DNA of 32,000 nucleotides from an uncultured Vicinamibacteraceae bacterium (lineage in GTDB: Bacteria; Acidobacteriota; Vicinamibacteria; Vicinamibacterales; UBA8438): assembly GCA_964569405.1 (NCBI GenBank), contig CAZMWA010000240.1, forward strand, positions 1 to 32,000. Reading direction: 5' to 3'. Made by a program: the position numbers and the translations under genes. Numbering within the stretch: the stretch's first letter is position 1; each line of letters starts with the position of its first letter. Shown here one piece after another: positions 24,866 to 32,000 of this stretch. The notes under the pieces were generated by a model. That model was not told the DNA's origin and made no database searches. It worked only from the letters and a program-made list of their open reading frames with translations.

Positions 24866-25729
24866 TCAGTCCGCCCCGTGGCTGCCCCCGTACCCGCTGC
24901 TCGACGCCGGCCGCCAGCCCGCGAGGCTCTCTTCCCGCGGCCGACGGATCTCGATGCGCAACGGGTGACACTTCGCGGCGTCGCTGGAATGGCTCGCTCC
25001 ACAGTCGCCCCCGGGGCAGGTGGACAGCGCCCCCAGCAGGTCGATCTCGGCGAACAGCTCGATGAAGTCGCCCGGTCGCGACGGACTCGACTTCATGAAG
25101 TACTGGTTCGTATCCCGGGTGTAGCCGGTGCACATGAAGACGTTGACCACGTCGTGCACGTGCGCCTCGGCCTCGGCGAGCGGCAGGTCCCTCGCGGCGG
25201 CCAGTGCCCGCAAGAGGTTCGAATGGCAGCACCAGTGATAGTCCCCTCCGGTCAGCAGGTGATTGGTATAGGGGTCGCAGCGGGTGCCGATCACGTCGTG
25301 GACGCCGCCCCCGAATTCGTCGAAGCCGTACCAGTCCAGTGTGTCGTGCGTGATCGTCGCCATCGGGCGCAGCCAGGGGATGGCGCTCCATAGGCGGTCG
25401 CCGGTGCTGACGTGGGTCGCGTGCAGCGCGCGGGTCTTGCCGCTGTAGAACCGCTCGCTCAGGTTGGCCGAATTCCACAGGTTCAGGTCTCCCACCTGCG
25501 GTCCCTCGATACTGACGATCCGGAACAGGTGCCCGGCGGGTATCTCGAATGCCCGTCCGTCCCTCGGTGGCACGGTCAGCTCGTCCACCTGGGTCATGTC
25601 GGTGCGCACCCAATCGTAGAACGACCGGTCGAACGCCGGCAGGCTGTCGACGGTGTAGACCGTCACCGGCTCGACGGCCCGCCGTGCTGCCGCATCCGCC
25701 GGTTCCGCGTGTCGTGGAGGGATGGACAT
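24866..25729 (-). CDS. DUF1989 / urea-carboxylase-associated family protein
   Basis: 287 aa. GHLFRIVSIEGPQVGDLNLW...HDVIGTRCDPYTN...CHSNLLRAL follows the family pattern as I recall it. Confidence 0.65.
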   Translation of the reverse strand: MSIPPRHAEPADAAARRAVEPVTVYTVDSLPAFDRSFYDWVRTDMTQVDELTVPPRDGRAFEIPAGHLFRIVSIEGPQVGDLNLWNSANLSERFYSGKTRALHATHVSTGDRLWSAIPWLRPMATITHDTLDWYGFDEFGGGVHDVIGTRCDPYTNHLLTGGDYHWCCHSNLLRALAAARDLPLAEAEAHVHDVVNVFMCTGYTRDTNQYFMKSSPSRPGDFIELFAEIDLLGALSTCPGGDCGASHSSDAAKCHPLRIEIRRPREESLAGWRPASSSGYGGSHGAD

Positions 25730-25803
25730 GGCGCGCTCCTCGAGCCTGTGCTCTGAACCCCGGAGGTCGGGGATGCTATCGGCAGCGCGATTGGGCGCGC
25801 AAG

Positions 25804-25883
25804 GCGGTTCGGAGTTCAGGCTGTTGGGAGCTCGGACTGTTGGGGGTCAGACTGTTCGGAGTTCAGGCGGTTCGGAGTTCAGA
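25804..25883. repeat. Five tandem ~16-bp repeats (consensus about GTTCGGAGTTCAGGCN)
   Basis: The units are gcggttcggagttcag, ctgttgggagctcgga, ctgttgggggtcaga, ctgttcggagttcagg and cggttcggagttcaga. The last unit overlaps the polB stop codon at 25879-25881. Confidence 0.8.
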
Positions 25884-28200
25884 AGAACGTGATCTGGCGG
25901 TCCGTGATCGCGTCGAAGCTCGTGTCCAGGAAGTGGAGGAGGCCGTCCGCCGCGGGCGCGAGCTGCCGGTCACGGTAGTGGTCGTAGTCGGGGCGGGGCG
26001 GCGGGCGGCCGTCCTCGATCGGCTCGGGTCCCGACGGGGTGATGACGTAGCGGACCCACCGGACCGGACGGCCGAGCTTGCGTGCGGCCTGCACGTGGGG
26101 CGGGACGTTGCGCGTGTACGCATCGACGCTCTGGCGCAGCCGTTTCCGATACACCAGAGCCTCGTCGCGCTCGCCCGCGAGCATCGACTCCAGCGTCTCG
26201 TGCACGAACGGCTCGAACGACTCCCCCATGAACACGCGCCGGTAGAGCTCGCGCTGAAACGAGCGCGCGAGCGGCGTCCAGTCCGTGCGCACGCACTCGA
26301 GACCCTTGAACACGAGCCCGTATCCGCCGTCGCGGGCGCGGACCATGCCGGCGTAGCGCTTCTTGCTGCCGGTCACGTCGCCGCGAACAGTCGGCATGAG
26401 GAATCTCAGGAAATGCGTTTCGAACTCGATCTCGAGGAATGATTCGAGACGGTGCTCGCGCTCGATGGCGCCGCGCCACCACGTGTTGAGCATCTGCGCA
26501 ATCGCGGCGCCCCGGTCGCGCGCCTCCGCCTCGCCGACGCCCGCGCCGAGCAGGACGAACAGCGAGTCGGTATCGCCGTAAATCACGGTTTCGCCGCCCT
26601 GCTCGATGACGTCGCGGGTGCGGCGGATGATCTCGTGTCCGCGCCGCGTGATGCTGCTCGCGAGCCGTGAATCGTGGAAGCGGCATCCGGACGCGCCCAG
26701 GATGCCGTAGAACGAGTTCATCAGGATCTTCGTCGCCTGGGACATGGCCGCGTCACCGCGCTGCTTCGCGCGGTCCCGCTCCTCCCAGATGGACTGGACG
26801 AGGTCGGGCAGGATTGCGCCTTCGCGCGCGAAGGAGCCGCCCTGGAACCCTTCGATGCGGTCGTCGCCGGGCGCGTGCAGCGCGAAGGGGTCGATGCCGA
26901 AGGTGCGGATGATGCTCGGATACAGGCTCTTGAAGTCGAGCACGAGGACGTTGTCGTAGAGCCCCGGCTTCGAATCGAGGATGTACCCCCCGGGACTCCC
27001 TTCTCCCGACCGCGCGTCGACGACGTCCGGGGCGACCTTCCCTGCGCGGTGCAGTCGCGGCAGGTAGAGGTTGTCGAACGCCGCCACCGAGCCGCCCTGG
27101 CGTTCCATCGCGAGCCCCGTCAGCTCCGCCCGGCGCGTCGCGAACTCGATGAGCCCGGCCTTCTCGACGATTTCGGCCACGAGCCGGCAGTCCTCGATGT
27201 TGTAGGCCGCGAGCCGAGCGCGGTCCTGCTCGTAGAGGCGGATGATCTCGCCGACCCGGTCGCCGCCCGCGTGCTCGATGCGCTTGCCGCGTCCGAGCAT
27301 CTCGCGTGCGACGTGCTCCAGCTCGAAGGACTCGAACGACCAGAACGCGGTGCGCAGCGTGTCGATGCCGTCGAGCACGACGCGCCCGGGAATGCGCGCG
27401 ACGCAGGTGCCCGACGCGGACCCGGGCTGGAGAATGGCGGAGCGTTCGTCGCCGCGTGCGACGTCGAACCCGATACCCAGCCGCCGGCAGCGCCTGGCGA
27501 TGAAGTCGAGGTCGAATCCGACCACGTTCCACCCGAGGATGAGGTCCGGATCGTGCTCGGCGATCCACGCGAAGAGGCGGGCGAGGAGGGCGGCTTCGTC
27601 TGCGGCCGTCTCCACCGCTACGTCGTCGCAGTGCACGGGTTCGCCGCTCACCACCAGCACCCGCTCGTCCTCGGGCGAGTGGAGCGCCACCGAGAAGAGA
27701 GCGCCGTCGAGACCCGCCGTCTCGATGTCGAGCGAGACCCAGCGCAGCTCCCGGCGGTACGCGTCGCGCCGAATCGCGGGGTTGCGCATCTCGAGGTAGC
27801 CGGACTTGCGGGCCACCTCGCCGCGCGCGGCGAACCCCGCCGTCACGAACCGCTCCATCAGGAAACGATCGCTCGGTTTGAGGTCGGATTCGCAGACGGT
27901 GACGCCCCTGGAGCGAAGCAGGTCGCGCGCGGCCACGAGATCGCGCTGGCGCCGGAAGTAGAGTGCGTCGACCGGCACGCCTTCCAGCGTCTCGAGATCG
28001 AGAGCTCGATGCCGGCAGCGGAGGTCGGCAAGGGAACCGTCCTCCGGCGTCGCCGACCGTTCCACGAAGCACACCGCCTCCTGCGAGTCGAGCACGACGC
28101 GCAGGGGGCCGTGCTCCGACGCGGCCCAGAGCGAAAGCTCCAGTCCGGCGGAGGCGTCCCGCCAGTGGCGGGTCAGGAGGAACGCGCGCAACGGTTCCAT
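25879..28200 (-). CDS. polB: DNA polymerase II (family B, E. coli PolB type)
   Basis: 773 aa from the ATG at 28200, with an alternative GTG at 28212. It appears colinear with E. coli Pol II as recalled from memory (no alignment was run): FLLTRHWRD, the exonuclease motif VSLDIETAG, SLYPSIIRTF, KILMNSFYGILG, YGDTDSLFV and KKRYAG. Confidence 0.95.
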   Translation of the reverse strand: MEPLRAFLLTRHWRDASAGLELSLWAASEHGPLRVVLDSQEAVCFVERSATPEDGSLADLRCRHRALDLETLEGVPVDALYFRRQRDLVAARDLLRSRGVTVCESDLKPSDRFLMERFVTAGFAARGEVARKSGYLEMRNPAIRRDAYRRELRWVSLDIETAGLDGALFSVALHSPEDERVLVVSGEPVHCDDVAVETAADEAALLARLFAWIAEHDPDLILGWNVVGFDLDFIARRCRRLGIGFDVARGDERSAILQPGSASGTCVARIPGRVVLDGIDTLRTAFWSFESFELEHVAREMLGRGKRIEHAGGDRVGEIIRLYEQDRARLAAYNIEDCRLVAEIVEKAGLIEFATRRAELTGLAMERQGGSVAAFDNLYLPRLHRAGKVAPDVVDARSGEGSPGGYILDSKPGLYDNVLVLDFKSLYPSIIRTFGIDPFALHAPGDDRIEGFQGGSFAREGAILPDLVQSIWEERDRAKQRGDAAMSQATKILMNSFYGILGASGCRFHDSRLASSITRRGHEIIRRTRDVIEQGGETVIYGDTDSLFVLLGAGVGEAEARDRGAAIAQMLNTWWRGAIEREHRLESFLEIEFETHFLRFLMPTVRGDVTGSKKRYAGMVRARDGGYGLVFKGLECVRTDWTPLARSFQRELYRRVFMGESFEPFVHETLESMLAGERDEALVYRKRLRQSVDAYTRNVPPHVQAARKLGRPVRWVRYVITPSGPEPIEDGRPPPRPDYDHYRDRQLAPAADGLLHFLDTSFDAITDRQITFF

Positions 28201-28208
28201 CGGCTCGC

Positions 28209-28667
28209 TCACTTGCCTTCGGTCCGGGCTTCCAGCAGCGATACGTCCACGAGATCCTGTGCGCGTCCCGTCGCGCGCTTGTTCGCGACGAGGTCGGCGC
28301 GACCGAGAAAGGCGATTTCGCGACCTTCGAGCATCTGTCCGACGCGATTGCACCAGGCGTCGTCGAACGCCACACCGGTGATGCGGTTCAGCAGGTCGAT
28401 GCGCCGAGGAGGCAGTCCGAGCTGGATGACCGTCCCCGGGTGGCGAAGGTCGTGGCGACTCGCCCCGAGTGCTTCGAGGGGCGCACCGAACTCCTTCAGC
28501 GCAGCCCACGCACGATCCGCGTTCGCCTCGGTGGACTCGATCCAGACGTCCAGATCGCCGGTGGCGCGCGGCACCCCGTGCACCGCCATCGCGTGGGCCC
28601 CGACCACGATGAAGCGAACCCCGGCGTCGTGCAGGGCGACCAGCATGTCGCGGAAGTCCTCGTTCAA
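28209..28667 (-). CDS. Minimal nucleotidyltransferase-fold protein (putative TA-like component)
   Basis: 152 aa with a TTG start that overlaps the upstream stop. VRFIVVGAHAMAVHGVPRATGDLDVWIE (hGG-x3-hHG-x-R-x-T-x-DhD) and PRRIDLLNRITGV...LVANKRATGRAQDLVDV resemble small stand-alone NTase-fold proteins. The exact family name is uncertain. Confidence 0.55.
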   Translation of the reverse strand: MNEDFRDMLVALHDAGVRFIVVGAHAMAVHGVPRATGDLDVWIESTEANADRAWAALKEFGAPLEALGASRHDLRHPGTVIQLGLPPRRIDLLNRITGVAFDDAWCNRVGQMLEGREIAFLGRADLVANKRATGRAQDLVDVSLLEARTEGK

Positions 28668-28942
28668 TCGACGACGTTGCCGGGTGGACGGACGACCCGG
28701 ACCGGGGTCCGGTCACGCGGGTAGTCCGGGATGACACGTCCGGACAGCGTCCAGGCTTCGCGGGCCAGCGGCCACATCATCGCCAGTCGCTCATTCGCCG
28801 TCGTCGTGGACGAGAGGTCGGGGCCGGGTTCGTCCCCCGGCCGATACTTGCGCACCGGCCAATGGGCACGGGCCGCGCGGCGCGCTGCGCGGGAGGAATC
28901 GATGCGCCTCGTGCCGGCGCCCCCGAGGTCGGGAGCGGGCAT
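28664..28942 (-). CDS. Small hypothetical protein, upstream partner of the NTase-fold gene
   Basis: 92 aa from the ATG at 28942. The N-terminal half is low-complexity. The C-terminal part reads ANERLAMMWPLAREAWTLSGRVIPDYPRDRTPVRVVR. The TTGA overlap with the next gene suggests translational coupling. Confidence 0.4.
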   Translation of the reverse strand: MPAPDLGGAGTRRIDSSRAARRAARAHWPVRKYRPGDEPGPDLSSTTTANERLAMMWPLAREAWTLSGRVIPDYPRDRTPVRVVRPPGNVVD

Positions 28943-29124
28943 GCGGGATGACTCGGACACGCCGCATGTACTGCCTGTTCGACCAGGAACTATTGTACTC
29001 TGGCCGGCATGTCCCGACACGTCGGCGGAGCGTGCGCCAGCGGTTCGGGATCGAAACTTCCCTGCAGGCCGGGCGGGACGCTCCGGCCGCGATCCGGCAT
29101 GAGCGTGCCGGCATTGGTTCGACG

Positions 29125-29364
29125 CTAGCCGCAATATCTCACCGATTCGCGAAGCGAGGGCGTGGAGATGGCCAGGCTTCCGCTTGCTTCGCAAGCTTGT
29201 GTGTTTTCGCAAGGCGAACGCGAGTTCGGGCGCGCAGGCGTACTTGACCGTACGGAGCGAGCTTGCGAAGCAAGCGGCACTCGAAGCACCCGGACCGCGT
29301 TCAACGCAGGGAAAATGGGCAGATCCGCGTCCGCAGCCGTGAATCGGTGAGATATTGCGGCTAG
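29125..29364. mobile_element. MITE-like 240-bp element with nested inverted repeats
   Basis: The outer perfect 24-nt inverted repeat is ctagccgcaatatctcaccgattc (29125-29148) against gaatcggtgagatattgcggctag (29341-29364). The inner perfect 18-nt inverted repeat is ccgcttgcttcgcaagct (29180-29197) against agcttgcgaagcaagcgg (29260-29277). I found no convincing coding capacity. Confidence 0.6.
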
Positions 29365-29544
29365 AGCGTTGGGAGGTCCGACGATTCCAGCAGCACGACT
29401 GTCTCGTGTCTGCGTCGCTCCGTCGCGGCGATCGCACCACGTGCCGGAGCGCGTGCACCGTTCGATTCGCGGCCGGTTCGCACGACGTGCCGCAAGGCCG
29501 ACGCCCGGCCTGATCGGGGGCTCTCCGGCGCTCTCCGGGCATTG

Positions 29545-30732
29545 ATGGTGTCCAACGTCCTCCCACCGCTCGCCGCCATGACGCTCGTCCAGGCCATGAC
29601 CGCGATGGCGATCGTCACCGTGCCGGTGCTTGCGCCGGAAATCGCGGCTTCGGTCGACATCGACACCGCCGCGGTCGGTGTGTATCAGTCGGTTACGTTC
29701 ATGGGCGCGGCGTTCCTCGCATTGCTCAGCGGCTCGCTCGTGCTCCGCCACGGGGGTGTCCGGGTCAACCAGGTGAGCGTGATGATGGCCGCGGCCGGGG
29801 TCGCGCTCGCGGTCACCGGCTCGGTGCCGGTGATTGCCCTTGGAGCGGTGCTCGCCGGCATGGGGTACGGTCTCGCCACGCCGGGTGCGAGCCATGTGCT
29901 CGCACGGGTGACCGCCGTGGATCGGCGCGGCTTCGTCTTCTCGATCAAGCAGTCCGCGGTGCCGCTGGGCGGTCTCGTTGCGGGAGTGCTGCTTCCCCCG
30001 ATCGCCGAGCACGCGGGATGGTCGTGGGCAGTCGCGCTCGCAAGCGCCATGGTGCTGTCGGCGGCGCTTCTCATCCAGCCGCTGCGTGCGCGTCTCGACG
30101 AGGATCGCAACCCGGCACACCGCATTCGGGTCACTGCGCCCGGCCAGTCCATTCGCCTCATCCTCACCACGCCGGAGCTTCGGCCCATGGCGCTGGTTGC
30201 GTTCAGCTTCGGGGCGATGCAGCTTTCGGTCGTCGCGTTCTTCGTCACGTTCCTGGTCGAGCGATCCGGCCTGACTCTGGTCACCGCCGGAGTGCTGTTC
30301 TCCGTGATGCAGGGCGCCGGCGTCGTGGCGAGGGTGGCCTGGGGCTGGGTGATGGACCGCTGGATCACCGCGCGGGTGCTGCTGGCTCTGCTCGGCGCCG
30401 GCACCATCGCGAGCACCGTGGCCGCGACCACGTTCTCCGAAGCGTGGCCATTGGCGGGGATTGGTGCGGTGAGCGTGGCGCTCGGCCTGACGTCGATTGC
30501 CTGGAATGGAATCTACCTCGCCCAAATCTCTCGGGTCGTCCCCAACGAGCAGGTGGGGCCGGCGACCGGCGGCGCCCTCATGTTCACGTTCCTCGGCATC
30601 GTGGCCGGCCCGTCGAGCTTCGGCGCAATCCTGGCCGCGACCGGGAGCTACACCGCCGCGTTCGTGGCCGTCGACGTGCTGGTGCTGGCTGCGGTCGTCG
30701 CCTTGCTCGTCCGAGGGCGGTCGACTGGCTGA
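29545..30732 (+). CDS. MFS transporter
   Basis: 395 aa with about 12 hydrophobic segments. The loop motif between TM2 and TM3 is MFS-like (LRHGGVRV). The ATG at 29545 was preferred over the TTG at 29542. Confidence 0.75.
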   Translation: MVSNVLPPLAAMTLVQAMTAMAIVTVPVLAPEIAASVDIDTAAVGVYQSVTFMGAAFLALLSGSLVLRHGGVRVNQVSVMMAAAGVALAVTGSVPVIALGAVLAGMGYGLATPGASHVLARVTAVDRRGFVFSIKQSAVPLGGLVAGVLLPPIAEHAGWSWAVALASAMVLSAALLIQPLRARLDEDRNPAHRIRVTAPGQSIRLILTTPELRPMALVAFSFGAMQLSVVAFFVTFLVERSGLTLVTAGVLFSVMQGAGVVARVAWGWVMDRWITARVLLALLGAGTIASTVAATTFSEAWPLAGIGAVSVALGLTSIAWNGIYLAQISRVVPNEQVGPATGGALMFTFLGIVAGPSSFGAILAATGSYTAAFVAVDVLVLAAVVALLVRGRSTG

Positions 30733-30897
30733 CTCCCGACTTCCGCAAGGTTGTGAGGCGTCCCGTTCACCTCCGCGGCCCGCCCCGTGCGCGCCGTGGC
30801 CGCGCGTTCGGCCGAGTCCGGCACCCGCTGGCGCCGAGAACCGCGCGCGGCCGGTCGTCGTCGGGCCGGATCGGAACGTCGAGCCCGGCAACGCGTC

Positions 30898-32000
30898 TCA
30901 GATGACCCCTGCCTCGGACAGCGCCGCCATCTCGCTGTCGGTGAGGCCCAGCTCTTCCCGATACACGGCTTCGTTGTGGGCGGCCAGGGCCATCCCGAGA
31001 TGTCGAATGCCCCCCGGGGTGTCCGACAGATGCGGGACGGTTCCCTGGAGGGCGATGTCTCCGATTCGCGGGTCGGCTATCCGCGTCAGGGTGTCCCGCG
31101 CCCAGAACTGCTCCTCGGCGAAGATGTCGGCGATGCTGCACACCGGTCCGCAGGGAACCTCGCCGTCGGAGCACCGCTGGATGACGGAGTCCCGATCGAG
31201 GCTCGAGGTCCAGGCGGACACGATCGCGTTCACCTCGTCGCGTCGCTCGAGCCGCGAACGCTTGTCGGCGAAGCGGGCGTCGTCGCCCAGTTCCGGGCGA
31301 CCCATGACCCGCGCGAGGCGGTTGAACATCCGGTCGTTGGTGCAGGCGATCGCGACCCAGCGGCCGTCGGCGCAGGGGTAGTGGCTGTGCGGCGTCGCGG
31401 TGTGGGTCTCGGTGCCGCTGCGCTCGCGGACGTGTCCGGTCTTGTCGTAGACCGCCGCGATCTCGTCGAGGAACCGGAAGATGCCCTCGTGCAGACCGAT
31501 GTCGATGTACTGGCCGCGCCCGGTCCGTTCGCGCGCGCGCAGCGCCAGCATCACTCCGAATGCGCCGTAGAGGCCGGAGAGGTAGTCCGCGAGCGTCGTG
31601 GAGCCGGCGATGAGCGGAGGGGTGTCGGGCTGGCCGGTGACGTAGGACAGTCCGGCGTATGCCTGCGCGATGCGGGCGAACCCCGGCAGTCCCGACTTCG
31701 GCCCGGTCTGTCCGTACGCCGATACGCGCAGCATCACGAGTCGCGGGTTGACCTCGAGCAGGTCCGAATAGCCGATCCCCCATCGCTCGAGCGTCCCCGG
31801 CCGGAAGTTCTCTACCACCACGTCCGCGGTCGCCGCGAGACGACGGAACAGCGCACCACCCCGCTCGTCGCTGAGGTTCAGCGTGATGCACCGCTTGTTG
31901 CGGGCGTCGTTGAACCACCAGTAGGTATCGCCCGCCTCGCTCGGCGTGCCGAGACGCCGCAGGTCGTCCCCGACGACGGGGCGCTCGATCTTGATGACGT
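30898..32000 (-). CDS. CoA-transferase family III (CaiB/BaiF-type), 5' end beyond the window
   Basis: The frame is open to the window edge. It reads VIKIERPVVGDDLRRLG...DVVVENFRPGTLERWGIGY...SAYGQTGP...GFARIAQAYAGL, which are hallmark family III motifs. Confidence 0.85.
   Translation of the reverse strand, partial: VIKIERPVVGDDLRRLGTPSEAGDTYWWFNDARNKRCITLNLSDERGGALFRRLAATADVVVENFRPGTLERWGIGYSDLLEVNPRLVMLRVSAYGQTGPKSGLPGFARIAQAYAGLSYVTGQPDTPPLIAGSTTLADYLSGLYGAFGVMLALRARERTGRGQYIDIGLHEGIFRFLDEIAAVYDKTGHVRERSGTETHTATPHSHYPCADGRWVAIACTNDRMFNRLARVMGRPELGDDARFADKRSRLERRDEVNAIVSAWTSSLDRDSVIQRCSDGEVPCGPVCSIADIFAEEQFWARDTLTRIADPRIGDIALQGTVPHLSDTPGGIRHLGMALAAHNEAVYREELGLTDSEMAALSEAGVI

Noticed and set aside
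25804-25883. CRISPR array or CsrB/Rsm-type GGA-repeat sRNA
   Set aside because: The repeats are contiguous with no spacers and are too short for CRISPR, and no cas genes are present. The plus-strand GGA motifs are not presented in hairpin loops, because GTTC...GTTC flanks are not complementary, and the plus strand has no obvious promoter or terminator.
28201-28737. 179-aa N-terminal extension of polB in the 952-aa track ORF
   Set aside because: The E. coli Pol II-like N-terminus (FLLTRHWRD) starts at the ATG at 28200. The extension is low-complexity and overlaps the NTase-fold gene, which is in a different frame.
29108-29130. ggttcgacg resembling a tRNA T-arm, raising the possibility of a tRNA gene as an integration site next to the MITE-like element
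   Set aside because: I could not build an acceptor stem, anticodon arm or CCA-proximal pairing around it. No tRNA-like cloverleaf was found anywhere in the window by eye. A tRNA scan would be needed to exclude one formally.
29162-29350. 62-aa ORF inside the nested-palindrome element
   Set aside because: It lies entirely within inverted-repeat sequence, has no ribosome-binding site and shows no recognisable similarity. The openness of the frame is explained by the GC-rich palindrome.

Overview
Very GC-rich bacterial chromosomal DNA with proteobacterium-like gene content (pspF-pspABC with a sigma-54 promoter, E. coli-type polB, thrB, an AddB/AddA-type pair). No rRNA, tRNA, CRISPR array, transposase or integrase was recognised. 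The window has two parts. (1) Positions 1-6300 are an accessory graveyard. A type I restriction-modification locus survives only as an hsdM 5' stub and a multiply damaged hsdR, with no hsdS. The gaps hold three phd-vapC toxin-antitoxin cassettes (one with a degraded toxin), a RES-Xre pair with a frameshifted and truncated toxin, an intact acyltransferase, a possible Fic-like fragment and three Uma2-endonuclease fragments. The junctions carry unusual repeats: a perfect head-to-head inverted duplication at the window start, an hsdM-start duplication exactly 2800 bp apart, and a 118-bp direct repeat bracketing one TA cassette. Just downstream lies an intact 786-aa multidomain 2OG-Fe(II) dioxygenase whose junction with the hsdR 3' end is preserved in both direct-repeat copies. 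This is my best candidate for an uncharacterised R-M/defence-associated gene. (2) Positions 8700-32000 are mostly housekeeping: a Tat-signal DSD1-like PLP enzyme plus lipoprotein, thrB, the psp regulon, addB/addA-like, ArsR-VOC, glutaminyl cyclase, a TusA-like protein, a cupin, a DUF1989 protein, polB, an MFS transporter and a CoA-transferase. Several non-coding oddities are scattered through it: an ~85-bp REP-like element in three copies directly after stop codons, a 240-bp nested-palindrome MITE-like element, five tandem ~16-bp repeats, a long-stem inverted repeat and a natural His10 tract in PspC. A two-gene TA-like pair (small protein plus minimal nucleotidyltransferase-fold protein) abuts the polB start. 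All family assignments come from reading motifs by eye. No database search was run.
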